From positions 237,848 through 257,847 of the forward strand of contig JAVKOQ020000044.1 in the NCBI GenBank assembly GCA_031835245.2: a DNA stretch of 20,000 nucleotides, given 5' to 3'. The notes under the pieces are model-generated. The model was given only the letters and a program-made list of their open reading frames with translations, was not told where the DNA came from and did no database searches. This document shows positions 1-10,200 of the stretch, piece by piece (within the stretch, counting starts at the first letter, position 1; each line of letters begins with the position of its first letter). The translations under genes were made by a program, and so were the position numbers. Source of the stretch: Balamuthia mandrillaris. Taxonomy: Eukaryota.

Positions 1-176
1 CTCTCCACGTGGAAGGCTTTCATGCAATGAGTGACGTAGTTGGGCTGGAAAAATGGTATTAACAGGAAGGGTGAAGAGAATACTAAAAACACACAGTCGA
101 AGAGGAGACCGATGAAGACGAAGTTGACGCTGACCGGTTCCTAAAAAAAGACGAAGTTGTTCGTTCGTTCGTTCGT

Positions 177-1191
177 TCAACTGAGGTGGTGCTCCCTCTT
201 AGGTTGGTCGTGATGGCCCATACCTCCATGATGCTGGCCCAGCGACATGGGAGGGAGGGAGGTGGCTTGGCCAGAGAGGTACATGTCATGCGGGTAGCCG
301 CCTCCCATATGAGGAGGGCCGCCGTGAGGACCGCCTGGATGGCCTCCATAGGGCGATTGGTGGCTGGGCACGCCATGTGGAGGAGGAGACATACCGCCGC
401 CGTACATGTTGAGCATGTTGTCGTGGTGAGGATTGTGTGACATCTGAGCGCCGCCATGAGGGGAGTGCTGTTGGGGTTGTGACTGGGGTTGCTGTTGTTT
501 GTGCTGTTGTTGCGGCTGCTGTTGCGGCTGCTGTTGTTGGTTGTGTGAGTTGGAAGAGTTGGCGATAAAGTCAGAGGGAGCATAGTTGTTGTCGGGGGCG
601 TTGAGGCAGGACTGGATGAGCTCTTTGCCTTCCCGCAGGGTCACCACAGGTTGCAGCTTCGGTGTGGCAAACGTGTAGACATGGCCTGTTTCAGAGGCAA
701 TCAACACAAGAGCCTGAGTTCCAGTCAACGTTGTGAGTTCGTATGCCTGAAAAGAAAGAGAGAAGGAGAGGGATGTTAGCATTTAAAAAGGCTAAGTCAC
801 GTATGCTCGCGAAAGGTGAAAGAAATGGACGGAGGACACTTACCTTCTTCATAAGTCCTCTCTTTCGTCGGCTGAAAGTCACTTGCCTTCTGCTCTTGTT
901 GTCTATGAACTTTATCTCGATCCTTCGTCGGCCAGAACCTCCAGGTTTCTTCTTGATGCCTCCCTTGGGTTTGTCCGCTTTGCCCTTCCTGTCAATCTCC
1001 TCGTCTTCCTCATCACTGTCCTCCTGTCCAGTCATCATGTGGATGCTGGGCGCGCCGAGCACGTGGGGAGGGTGATGACCCTCAGGGCTGGAGGGTTTGC
1101 TGTTCCCATCGAGGCCCTGCTCCTCTTCCGAGTCCTCGCGCTCATAGTCGTGCTCAGTCTTAGCTTTGTTTACCAGCGCATCTGCCATCAT
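177..1191 (-). CDS. SRF-type (type I) MADS-box transcription factor, 2 exons (1191-844, 746-177), ~305 aa
   Basis: The spliced translation gives GRRRIEIKFIDNKSRRQVTFSRRKRGLMKK|AYELTTLTGTQALVLIASETGHVYTFATPKLQP...GKELIQSCLN, i.e. MADS plus the SRF SAM region. The intron has a GTAAGT donor and TTTCAG acceptor. An in-frame TAA directly precedes the ATG. The C-terminus is Q/P/G/H-rich. Confidence 0.93.
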
Positions 1192-1858
1192 TTACGATTG
1201 CTGCTGGATCGAATCAAAAAGAAGAGATGAGTATCATCCATGGCGGTGGAGGAGTGATGGTGATGATGAGAGTGAGAGGGGAACAATTTAAAAAGACAGT
1301 AGTGAACGAATGGATTGAATCAAAAGAAGAAATCCCCCAAAACAACAAACCAAGGAAAGGAAAAAAAAAAAGACAAAAAGGACAAAGAGAAGAGAGAGAG
1401 AGCAAGAGAGAGAAGAAGAAGGGAACAAAGGACAAAGGGGTAAAAGGGAAACAAACCTTTTTTATCAACAACAACCTTCCCAAAGGGTGTTTTTTGGATT
1501 TTCTCTCTTTTTGGGGTAGTTCGCGGCCTTTCTTTAGCAGTCAAGTCCAAGTAAGGGAACGACTGCTGGTCTACTTTTTCTTTTTTGTGGCTCTCCAGGG
1601 GACAATGCAATAAAAAATGGGGGGGATACCCAACGTGTTGCGCTTTTTTATGTCACTGAGACAAAAAAACGGCTAACGAGTGAGAAAAAGGTAAGAGAAA
1701 ACCCCGTAATCGACGTGGATTGGTTCGGTGTTCCAAACTCCGAAGGGCGTCGACAAACCTGAGGGGTTGTGGTTTCGACTTGGCAAAATGGCAAGTTTTG
1801 TTTTTTTGGTTTTCTTTTTTTTGTTTTTTTCAAGAATTTTTTTTGTGTACGTTATGTC

Positions 1859-2082
1859 CGCGCCAAAAAAATCCCGCGCAACCCACGCCTACTTTTTTGG
1901 GCGGTTTGCTGCGCTGCCACTGGCTGGCGGGTCTCCTTGACACCGAGCTATCCTCCTATGAAAAATAACTTAGGCGGGAAAAAAATAGCTGATAACCCCC
2001 CAGTGGTTAGCGGGTTCCCCCCACTCGCTCCCCTTTTTGTTCCCCCCTTATTTTTTTTTCTTCTCTCTTTCTCTGCGCCAAA
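1859..2082 (-). promoter_or_regulatory. Three E2F-consensus (TTTSSCGC) sites in the divergent MADS/HMG intergenic region
   Basis: + strand CGCGCCAAAA (1859-1868), GGCGGGAAAA (1973-1982) and GCGCCAAA (2075-2082), all in the same orientation. Motif match only. Confidence 0.4.
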
Positions 2083-2348
2083 GCACACACACACAAAAAA
2101 AACAAACTTTTGCCCCCACCACTACTCTTTTCTTGGATTAAAAATCTTGATTGAGGTTAGGCCATCACTCTCTTTTTCCCCTTCTCTCCCCTGGGGAACC
2201 TATCTTAATTTTTTATATTATTTTGATTGGGGATTTTCGCTTTTTCGGTTTTAACGATTTCTTTATTTTTTCTCTTTTTTGTTCAACTGCTCTCTCCTCC
2301 TTTTTGTCTTGTGCAAGCAGTGGCCCCATCAAAAGAAAGAAATATACG

Positions 2349-3122
2349 ATGCCCCGCAGAAAGAGGAACGAACAGAAGCCCAAACGAGCCTTGACGGCCT
2401 ACTTGCTTTTCTCCCAGGAGAAACGAGACAGCATCAAGGTCGCCAATCCCAGTGCCCCTTTTGGCGAGATTGGAAAGCTCCTCGGACAAGCATGGAAGGA
2501 TCTTCCTGATAGTGAAAAGCAGGTTCGTTTTTTTGTTTCGAGAATGTTTTCAACGAGACGCTGACCAACACGCCACTGCTTTGTTCAGAAATACAACGAG
2601 AAAGCCGCCCAAGGCAAGATCAAATACCAGAAAGACATGGCCAAATACAAGGAAGAACACCCAGAGAGCAGCGACGAAGACAGACGTCCTCGCAAGAAGC
2701 AGAAGAAAAAGAAGAAGAAGAAGGATCCCAATGCCCCCAAGAAACCCCTCTCGGCCTTCTTCCTCTTCAGCAAGGCCGTCAGACCTACCATCAAAACCAA
2801 CAACCCGGAAGCCTCGTTTGGCCAGATTGGCAAGCTGATCGGTGAGGAGTGGGCCAAAAAGACCCCAGAAGAGAAGAAGGTTTGTTATCGACTCGACAAA
2901 TCCGTTATGCAGCCAATTAGTGTCATCTAATCCAACACTCTTTCTCACCTAAAGAAATACGAAGACATGGCTGCCGAGGAGAAGAAACGGTATGAGCGTG
3001 AGTCACAAGCCTACGAAGCCAAGAAGAAGAAGGCCTCCAGCTCCGAATCCGACTCTGAGTCTGAGGAATCCGAGTCCGAGTCCGAATCTTCCGACTCTGA
3101 GTCCGAGTCCGAGTCAGACTAA
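2349..3122 (+). CDS. HMGB/Nhp6-like protein with two HMG boxes and an acidic Ser/Glu/Asp tail; exons 2349-2522, 2589-2879, 2955-3122 (~210 aa)
   Basis: PKRALTAYLLFSQEKR...FGEIGKLLGQAWKDL and DPNAPKKPLSAFFLFS...FGQIGKLIGEEW are typical HMG boxes. GT-AG introns restore the frame, and the protein ends SESDSESEESESESESSDSESESESD*. Confidence 0.92.
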
Positions 3123-3493
3123 ACGCGCCACTACCCTTCTGTTCTTTTATCTCCCCCTTCCACCATCTTTGTTAGTTACAACGGATCATCCTCACCCCCC
3201 ACCCTATGCCTTTCTCTCCATCATTTTTTGTTATTCATAGAAAAAAAAAAAACAAAACATAAACTGCATCCAAATCAATCTTGTTGCTTCTCGGTTAAGA
3301 AATAACGGCTCCTTTCTTCTTCGTCCTCTTCTTCCCTTCTCTCTTCCCTGCCTTCTCGCCATTCTCTCTTCACTCCCGCTTCTTTGCTCACCGTGCCCTT
3401 ATCCGGGGAGGCTTGGGTTTTTCCCTCCATTTTTAACGGCTTTCTTTTCAGTGCCAAAGAAGCAAAGGGAAGCAAAGGGAAGGAAAGGAAGGA

Positions 3494-3642
3494 ATGGAGG
3501 AGGAGGTCTATTATTGTATGGGCATTGATGAGGCTGGCAGAGGGCCGGTCCTTGGGCCGATGGTTTATGGTTGTGCCTACTGTCCACTTGCCATCAAGAA
3601 CCAAATCAAAGAAAGAGGATATGATGGTTTGTTTGAGCTCAC

Positions 3643-3698
<56 letters not shown>

Positions 3699-4377
3699 TA
3701 GGTCATTCGTTTTGCCTGTGATATGCAGATTCGAAGGTGTTGACGGAGATGCAAAGAGAAAGTCTCTTTGCCAGCATCCACAACTCGGCGGACGTTGGCT
3801 GGTCCGTCATCGTTCTCTCCCCCGAGGAGCTCTCCCAAAAGATGCAACGCCGCTCCAAGTATAACTTGAACGAGATCTCTCACGACACTGCCGCCGACCT
3901 CATTCGTGCTACCCTCAACAAAGGCATCAAGTTGAAAGAGGTTCGTCATCCCAAAGAGTTTTCCTGCATCATATCCTCACACAGCACTGAACTACGAAAC
4001 CACCACAAAGATTTATGTGGATACGGTGGGAACGCCGCAAAAGTATCAGTGGAAGCTTAGCGCTCAGTTCCCAGGCATTGACATAACGGTATCGAAGAAA
4101 GCGGACAGTCTCTTTCCCATTGTAAGCGCTGCCAGCATTTGTGCAAAGGTTAGGATGGCATGCATGGTTCTCGCTTTCTTCCAACCTCGGACCTAGAGTG
4201 CTCATGCTCTCTCTCTCGCAATAGGTGATTCGGGACAAGTATTTGGAAGCATGGAAGTTTAAAGAAACGGGAGTTGCATTCTCACGCAACTTTGGCTCTG
4301 GTTATCCTGCAGGTCTACTTTCATCCCTCTGCTCTTCTCTGTCGTAGTTTTCTCTCCTCATTCTTTAGTTCTCTTTC

Positions 4378-4417
<40 letters not shown>

Positions 4418-4833
4418 GCCTTTCTCTTTGTGAATGGACGTTCACTTGGCTCACTGTTGGAGTTGAATGCAGACCCATTCACAGTGAAGTGGTTGGATAA
4501 CCACCTGGAACCAGTCTTTGGCTATCCCTCTCTCATACGCTTCAGTTGGCGGACGTGCTCAAAGCTGTTAGAGGACAGAGCCATCAAAGTCACTTGGTTT
4601 GTTTCTTTAAAGCCATTTCGTTTGTTGGTTTTTCTATATCGTCGGCTCTTAACATTGCTTCCTCCCTCTCTTCTCTCATTAAAAGGGAAGGAGATGAGGA
4701 AGAAGAGGAAAACTCAGAGCAGGCTGACCCAACACAAACGAAGCTTGTGGCGCGAACAAAGAGCATGCCACGGCCTCGTTTTCGTTATTTCACAGAGCGG
4801 AACATGAGCCTCGTGGATGCAACCGATTTTTGA
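3494..4833 (+). CDS. RNASEH2A: Ribonuclease H2 catalytic subunit A; exons 3494-3626, 3729-3940, 4011-4148, 4225-4312, 4473-4596, 4686-4833 (~280 aa)
   Basis: Motifs [59 protein letters not shown] and [12 protein letters not shown]. Exon lengths sum to 843 nt, a whole number of codons. Confidence 0.96.
3648..3697 (+). repeat. (CT)n microsatellite in RNASEH2A intron 1
   Basis: Near-uninterrupted CT dinucleotide run. Similar intronic tracts lie at ~4380-4415, ~13415-13445, ~14570-14605 and ~15308-15337. Confidence 0.9.
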
Positions 4834-5019
4834 AGAAAGACACTATTTTCTTTTAAAAAAATAATAAATATGTATTCACACCCTTTCTCTTTGTTGTTCA
4901 TCTTTCTTCTTACGTCCTTATCCAGATGGAGTATCTGATTTGTACAAATAAATAGTTTTTTAAATCATCTTTCAGGAAAGAAAGCGGGAAGAGCTCCACT
5001 TCGCACTTGGTTTCTTGTT

Positions 5020-5280
5020 TCAGCACACAACAACGGTCTGTCCGCCGCTGACTTCCACTCCGTCCTTGCCGTCCTCCTCATCGGACTCCTCCACCGAGTA
5101 GATGACCCGAATGATGAGCGTGCAGCTGGGGCATCGCGCAATCTCCTCCCCGTTCAGCAGATCCTCCTCCGAGATTTGAAACTTGTCCCCACAAGGACAA
5201 GGGTAGGTGTAGATGCCAGTCTCTTCGTTAAAGTCCATGTCCTCGATCTCGATCTCGTCATAAACCGCAGTGTCCGTCAT
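5020..5280 (-). CDS. DPH3: Diphthamide biosynthesis protein 3 (CSL zinc finger, Kti11), 86 aa, intronless
   Basis: [17 protein letters not shown]...[36 protein letters not shown] matches the DPH3/KTI11 family. The ATG is at 5280; the longer start in the ORF track is non-ATG. Confidence 0.95.
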   Translation of the reverse strand: MTDTAVYDEIEIEDMDFNEETGIYTYPCPCGDKFQISEEDLLNGEEIARCPSCTLIIRVIYSVEESDEEDGKDGVEVSGGQTVVVC

Positions 5281-5469
5281 GTTTGGGTTGGACTTTCGTC
5301 TTTGCACAGACAGAATCTTGTCTTGGTGAGAGGGAGCGGGTGGGTTGAGTGGATGATGAGATTCTCTCTTTAACTTCTTTGCGTTGTTCTCTTTGTTTGT
5401 CTCTTCAACGAAAGACAAAAAAAGTCAGGAATTTGTCAGGAATGCGATTCAACCTACATTTTCCTTTTT

Positions 5470-5674
5470 CCAATGGTTATGACGTCAACTCTTGATCTCG
5501 ACATTCGACCCAACAACGACCAATAACGTACTGTACGTAATTTGCAAACAACCGGGTTCGATCCCGTGAATTGCAACAATCCAACAACGACCAATAAACA
5601 GCTGCCAGCGGTGTTACCCAGGATTTTCTGCGCTCTTCCAGATTGGCTGATTTTTGGCCAATAGAAAAAATTGG
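5470..5674. promoter_or_regulatory. Divergent DPH3/H4 promoter with six CCAAT/ATTGG boxes and a CRE-like palindrome
   Basis: CCAAT at 5470, 5520, 5591 and 5658; ATTGG at 5642 and 5670; TGACGTCA at 5480-5487. CCAAT clusters are typical of histone promoters. Confidence 0.55.
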
Positions 5675-5705
5675 CTCCAACGGTCGGTTTTCCTTCCAAA
5701 AATAA

Positions 5706-6122
<417 letters not shown>

Positions 6123-6339
6123 CAAATCCTTGCCTTATTTTTTTCCCCTCTACTATTTAATCACTCGGAACTGCCACATCTGCCTACCTACACTTGCTTG
6201 CTTTCTATGAACACGCGAGCATATGCTTGTTGTATAGTGTAATCCCTTCACTGCTTTATAAAACTTAAATAAAAATACAAATAACTCTATTGCTCTCTCT
6301 GCTCTCTGCTCTCTCTCGTTTCTTTGCTGATCTTTTTTT

Positions 6340-6883
6340 TCAAGAAGAAATCATTTTTTGCAGCACCAAGCGATGGTCGGAGACAGAAGGGTGCTTCTCG
6401 ATGTCGATAAAGTCCCAGCCTTTCTTAACGAGGAAGCCCAGCATTTCTCTGCGGTTGTTTCGGGTCTTGATGCGCAGCGCCTTGTAGCCTTTTGCTTTGG
6501 CCCACTCCTCCAGCTTGGACATGAGCAACGTCAACACGCCGTGCCGCCGGTACCCGTTTGCAACCCCAGCCATCCAACAATAATACGAACCATCCTGAGA
6601 AGAGCGAGAAAGAGAGAAGATAAGAAGAACCAAGCAAGACAAGGAGGAAAGAAAGAAAGACAAATAGGAGGACCTTGTATCTATCATAGCCAACCGTGTA
6701 GCCAACGTCTTGCGGTCCCTCTTCGGCGCAGTTTTGTGTGGTGGAGGCGATGAGGACCACAGGAGCGGCGGTGGGCGAGGACAATCGTTCTTCAAAGTTC
6801 TGCTCTGTCCACTTGTCAAACTCTTCCACCAGGTTATGCACCAGCAGCGCTCTTTCAACAGACCCTTCCGAAGCCGCGAACAT
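6340..6883 (-). CDS. GNAT-family N-acetyltransferase, 2 exons (6883-6674, 6594-6340), ~154 aa
   Basis: The spliced product contains VGYTVGYDRYK|DGSYYCWMAGVANGYRRHGVLTLLM..LEEWAKAKGY..LRIKTRN..REML.FLVKKGW. This includes the acetyl-CoA-binding motif A (V...YRRxG) and a motif B-like region. Confidence 0.85.
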
Positions 6884-6988
6884 CTTTCTTGTTTTCTTTT
6901 TTCTTCGTACAAAAATAAAAAATAATATTTTTTCCAAGAAAAATTTCAACCTGCGTCGACAAATATTTTTGTCGGCAAGAAATACAAG

Positions 6989-7097
6989 GGTGACGCCACT
7001 GTGGACCAAGACCTCACGGTGGTGAGGGGACGCCTCCATCGAGGGAGATGCCACCATCGACCAGGACCTCACCGTGGGAGGAGATGCTGCCATTAAG
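6989..7097 (+). pseudogene. Frameshifted fragment of an 18-aa (3 x hexapeptide) repeat protein, two tandem 54/55-bp units
   Basis: Unit 1 reads GDATVDQDLTV[gtga]GDASIE and unit 2 reads GDATIDQDLTVGGDAAIK. Nine differences between units are synonymous third-position changes, and a 1-nt insertion breaks the frame. Confidence 0.6.
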
Positions 7098-7211
7098 AAT
7101 CCCTGTAAGATCCAACAAGTGAGGAGCGTTGTGAAAAGTGGGAGGATAGTGCTCTCGAAAAAAAATAACATGGGAAAGCATTGTTTTTTCCAACGAAGAA
7201 AAAAAAATGGA

Positions 7212-10200
7212 TTAGTCTGCTGCTTTCGCTTCGATGTACTGAAGAGCCAACTGGCGAACGTGTGCAACGGTCTCCTTGGTGCCATGCGCCTTCTCAAAGT
7301 TGAGGTACCGCTTGAAGAAGAACTTCATCTTCTTGGAGGAGAGACTGAGACTGACCGTCCTCTCGAAGAGGTTGCGCAGCTTCTCGTAGTTGCCGCCCTC
7401 TTCATTCGCCGCTTTGGTCTCCATGTCAAGATAGACCGACCACAAGTCCACTCGCTTTGGGTAGTTGCTCAGAAGGCTCTCAAAGATGGTGCGGCCGCGC
7501 TCAGGGGAGCCATGCTTGAACTCCAGTTGAGCCAACTTAGAAATGATCATTATATCTGTATTTTTTTTTGGACAAATAAAAAGTTAGAACGAAGAACAAA
7601 AGCAAAAAAGAAAAAAAAAAACATACGTTTACGCTTTGGGAGAACCTGAAGCGCTTTCTGCAGAACTTTACGCGCCTCTCCAATGTCCTGCCTTTCCTCA
7701 TTATTAATGTAGAAATAGGCAAACTTGAGCCATATCTTGCTGCTGTGCTTGAACTTCCTGACCATGGTCTTGTAGACCTCCTCCGCCATGGCGCGATTAC
7801 CCTCCCTCTCATAGATGCCGACCAACTGCAGATGGACCTTCTTGTGGTCGTTCCTCTCGAGAGCGCGTTGGAATACCTGCATGAGGGAGTCGTGAGTGCC
7901 AAACTTGTTCTCCAGGTTCATCAGTGCCACCCAGACGTTCATTCGTTCGGCCTCCTCGCGGTAGTGGATGCGCTGAAGGGCGCGCTCAGCGATGGCTCGA
8001 GCCTTGTCAGTCTCCGAGAGGGAGAGCTGGAAGGCCATGTAACGGATCCAGAGGTAAGAGCTGTTGGGGGAGGCAAGGAGGAGCTTCTCAAAGTCGTCGG
8101 TGCTTTGAGGTGGGTTCTCCTCCATGTCCATGCTCTCCTCCATACGGCGGACCTGCTCTTCTTCTCGCAGGCGTTTGGCCTTCTTGGCGCGGGACTTGTT
8201 CTTCTTGGAGTTGGGGTCCAGGTCTTCTTCGTCCATTTTGGCTTTGTCGTCGTCATCTGCATTGCCTTCTTTTGACTCTGCGTCCAATTTGAAGTCCTTC
8301 CACTCAAATACCAAACCTTCTGAGCCCAAGTCAAGTCGTTCTTCGTCATCATCATCTTCGTCCTCGTCCTCTTCCTCTTCCTCTTGTTTCTTCTTTTTCT
8401 CTTTCTTCTTTTTCTCCAGCTTTTGTTCGTCTTCCTCCTGTTTGCTATCGTTGAGCATTATTTCTAAAGACTCTTCATCGCTGGAAGATTCTTCAAATTG
8501 CATCATTTCTTCTCCCTTCTCTTCATCGCTATTCTCGTCTTTCTCCTCCTCTTCTTCTTCTTCCTCTTCCTCTTCCTCTTCTTTTTTGCCCTTCTTCTCC
8601 GCTGACTGCTTTTTCTTCTTTTTGCGTTGTTGAACCTCAACAAAGTCTTCAGGTCCGCTGCTATCCTCTGACTCTTCATCATCAGCAAAGTGGGACGGCT
8701 TTAAGCTCAGAGAAATCTGCTGCTTTTGCGGATTGAGCTTCAGTATGTAGGCCTTGACGTAGTCACCTTCCTTATAGATTCCCGCCAAGTCTTTTATGTA
8801 ATCATCAGATACTTCTGACTTGTGACACAATCCAGCTTTGGTTTTTTGTCATTTAGGGTAAATAAAAAAAATTAGTCGAAAATTGAATACTAAGGGAGAG
8901 AGGAGATAGAGGGATAGAGCGATAAGCAGAGAAGCAGAAGAAAGAGAAGAGAGAGAATGATTACCAAGCTTGCTGTGCTTGATGCGAACAAAAATGCCGT
9001 ACGATTGCACACGTTTGACAAATCCTTTCACTTTCATGCCTTGCTTGAGATCGGAGAAATAAACATTCTTTTTGAGGATGGATGTGCGAAGGGACATCTC
9101 CACCTTCTTTGAATTGCGATCAATGTAGATGATGCGACCAGTGACGAGCTTGCCGAGAGGAAAGGCTTTGGTTGGCTCTTCCACGTACTCATCCGAAAGC
9201 TTGGAAAGTTGAATGCGAGCAGTCACTTTGCGATTAAGAGCAACGAAGCAGCCATTGGTAGCGGTATTGACTACGTAGCCTTTCATCATTTTGCCGACTT
9301 CTATTTGCTTGAAGGACTTCACTTCGGGATAATCGAGCAACTTTGTTTTGTTTGTTATGTGAGATACAAAGAAAAAAAAAAGGAATGAGTGAGATAAATA
9401 CCTCAGGAGGAAGGGCAAAGTCCCGTTCCACACGAGAAGGACGCAGCGAGAGATCGATTTTGTCTTCACCATGCTTCGCGGAGAGAACATAGCAAGTGAC
9501 GATGTCGCCAACGCTGAAGCCCTCCAATGGATTTTCGGGGTAATCATCGTGCAAATCGGTGATGAAAGCTCTTCCGAATTCATGTGCAGAGATCTGAATA
9601 TTAAGACCTTTGCCGGGTTTGACAGCAGCTACACGGCCTGGCCTTATTGTTCCTTTCTCGATGTTATCCGACTTTTGTTTTGCGTAAAAAATAAATTAAA
9701 AAATGGATTTGTTAATGAAACGATTTAGCTTTAAATAACAAGAAGAGGAGAACAAACCTTTCCAACAAGATCGGACATGCTTAGATCTACGCGTTGCTTC
9801 TCAACATCGACCAACTTGACACGACACTGGACGCCCATGCCTGGCCGGTATTTTTCTACAAGAGCAGAATAACAAGAAAAAGGTTCAGCAAACAAAGGTT
9901 ATAAGCTATGCCAGGAAGTGGAGAGTAACCTTTGAAAGAGGAAATCTCGGCAGCATCATTGGAGATGTCCAACAAGAAAACACGACCTCGCACGGTAGTG
10001 CTGAGATGTACCCACAACCCGTCCGCAGTTACTTTGTGCACAAATCCGTTGATTACTTGTCCCTTTATATGTACAAAACAAGATTAGAACAAGTAACTTC
10101 GTTGTAAAAACAACAAAGAAGCAAAAGGGAAAGAAGAAAACAAACCTTAGCAAGACTTTGAAGGGTAGGACGAGAAGGACCCAGTTGTGGTGGTGGCAGG

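Noticed and set aside
1214..2254. Phe/Lys-rich ORFs in the MADS/HMG spacer
   Set aside because: They arise from poly-A and poly-T tracts and show no coding signature.
6123..6280. Metazoan-type histone 3' stem-loop
   Set aside because: No matching 6-bp stem with a 4-nt loop was found. AATAAA near 6268 suggests polyadenylation.
7074..8633. Long + strand ORFs (7074-7649, 7745-8275, 8124-8633) and similar antisense ORFs elsewhere
   Set aside because: These are shadows of RRP5 and other real exons or of low-complexity tracts, with no recognisable domains.
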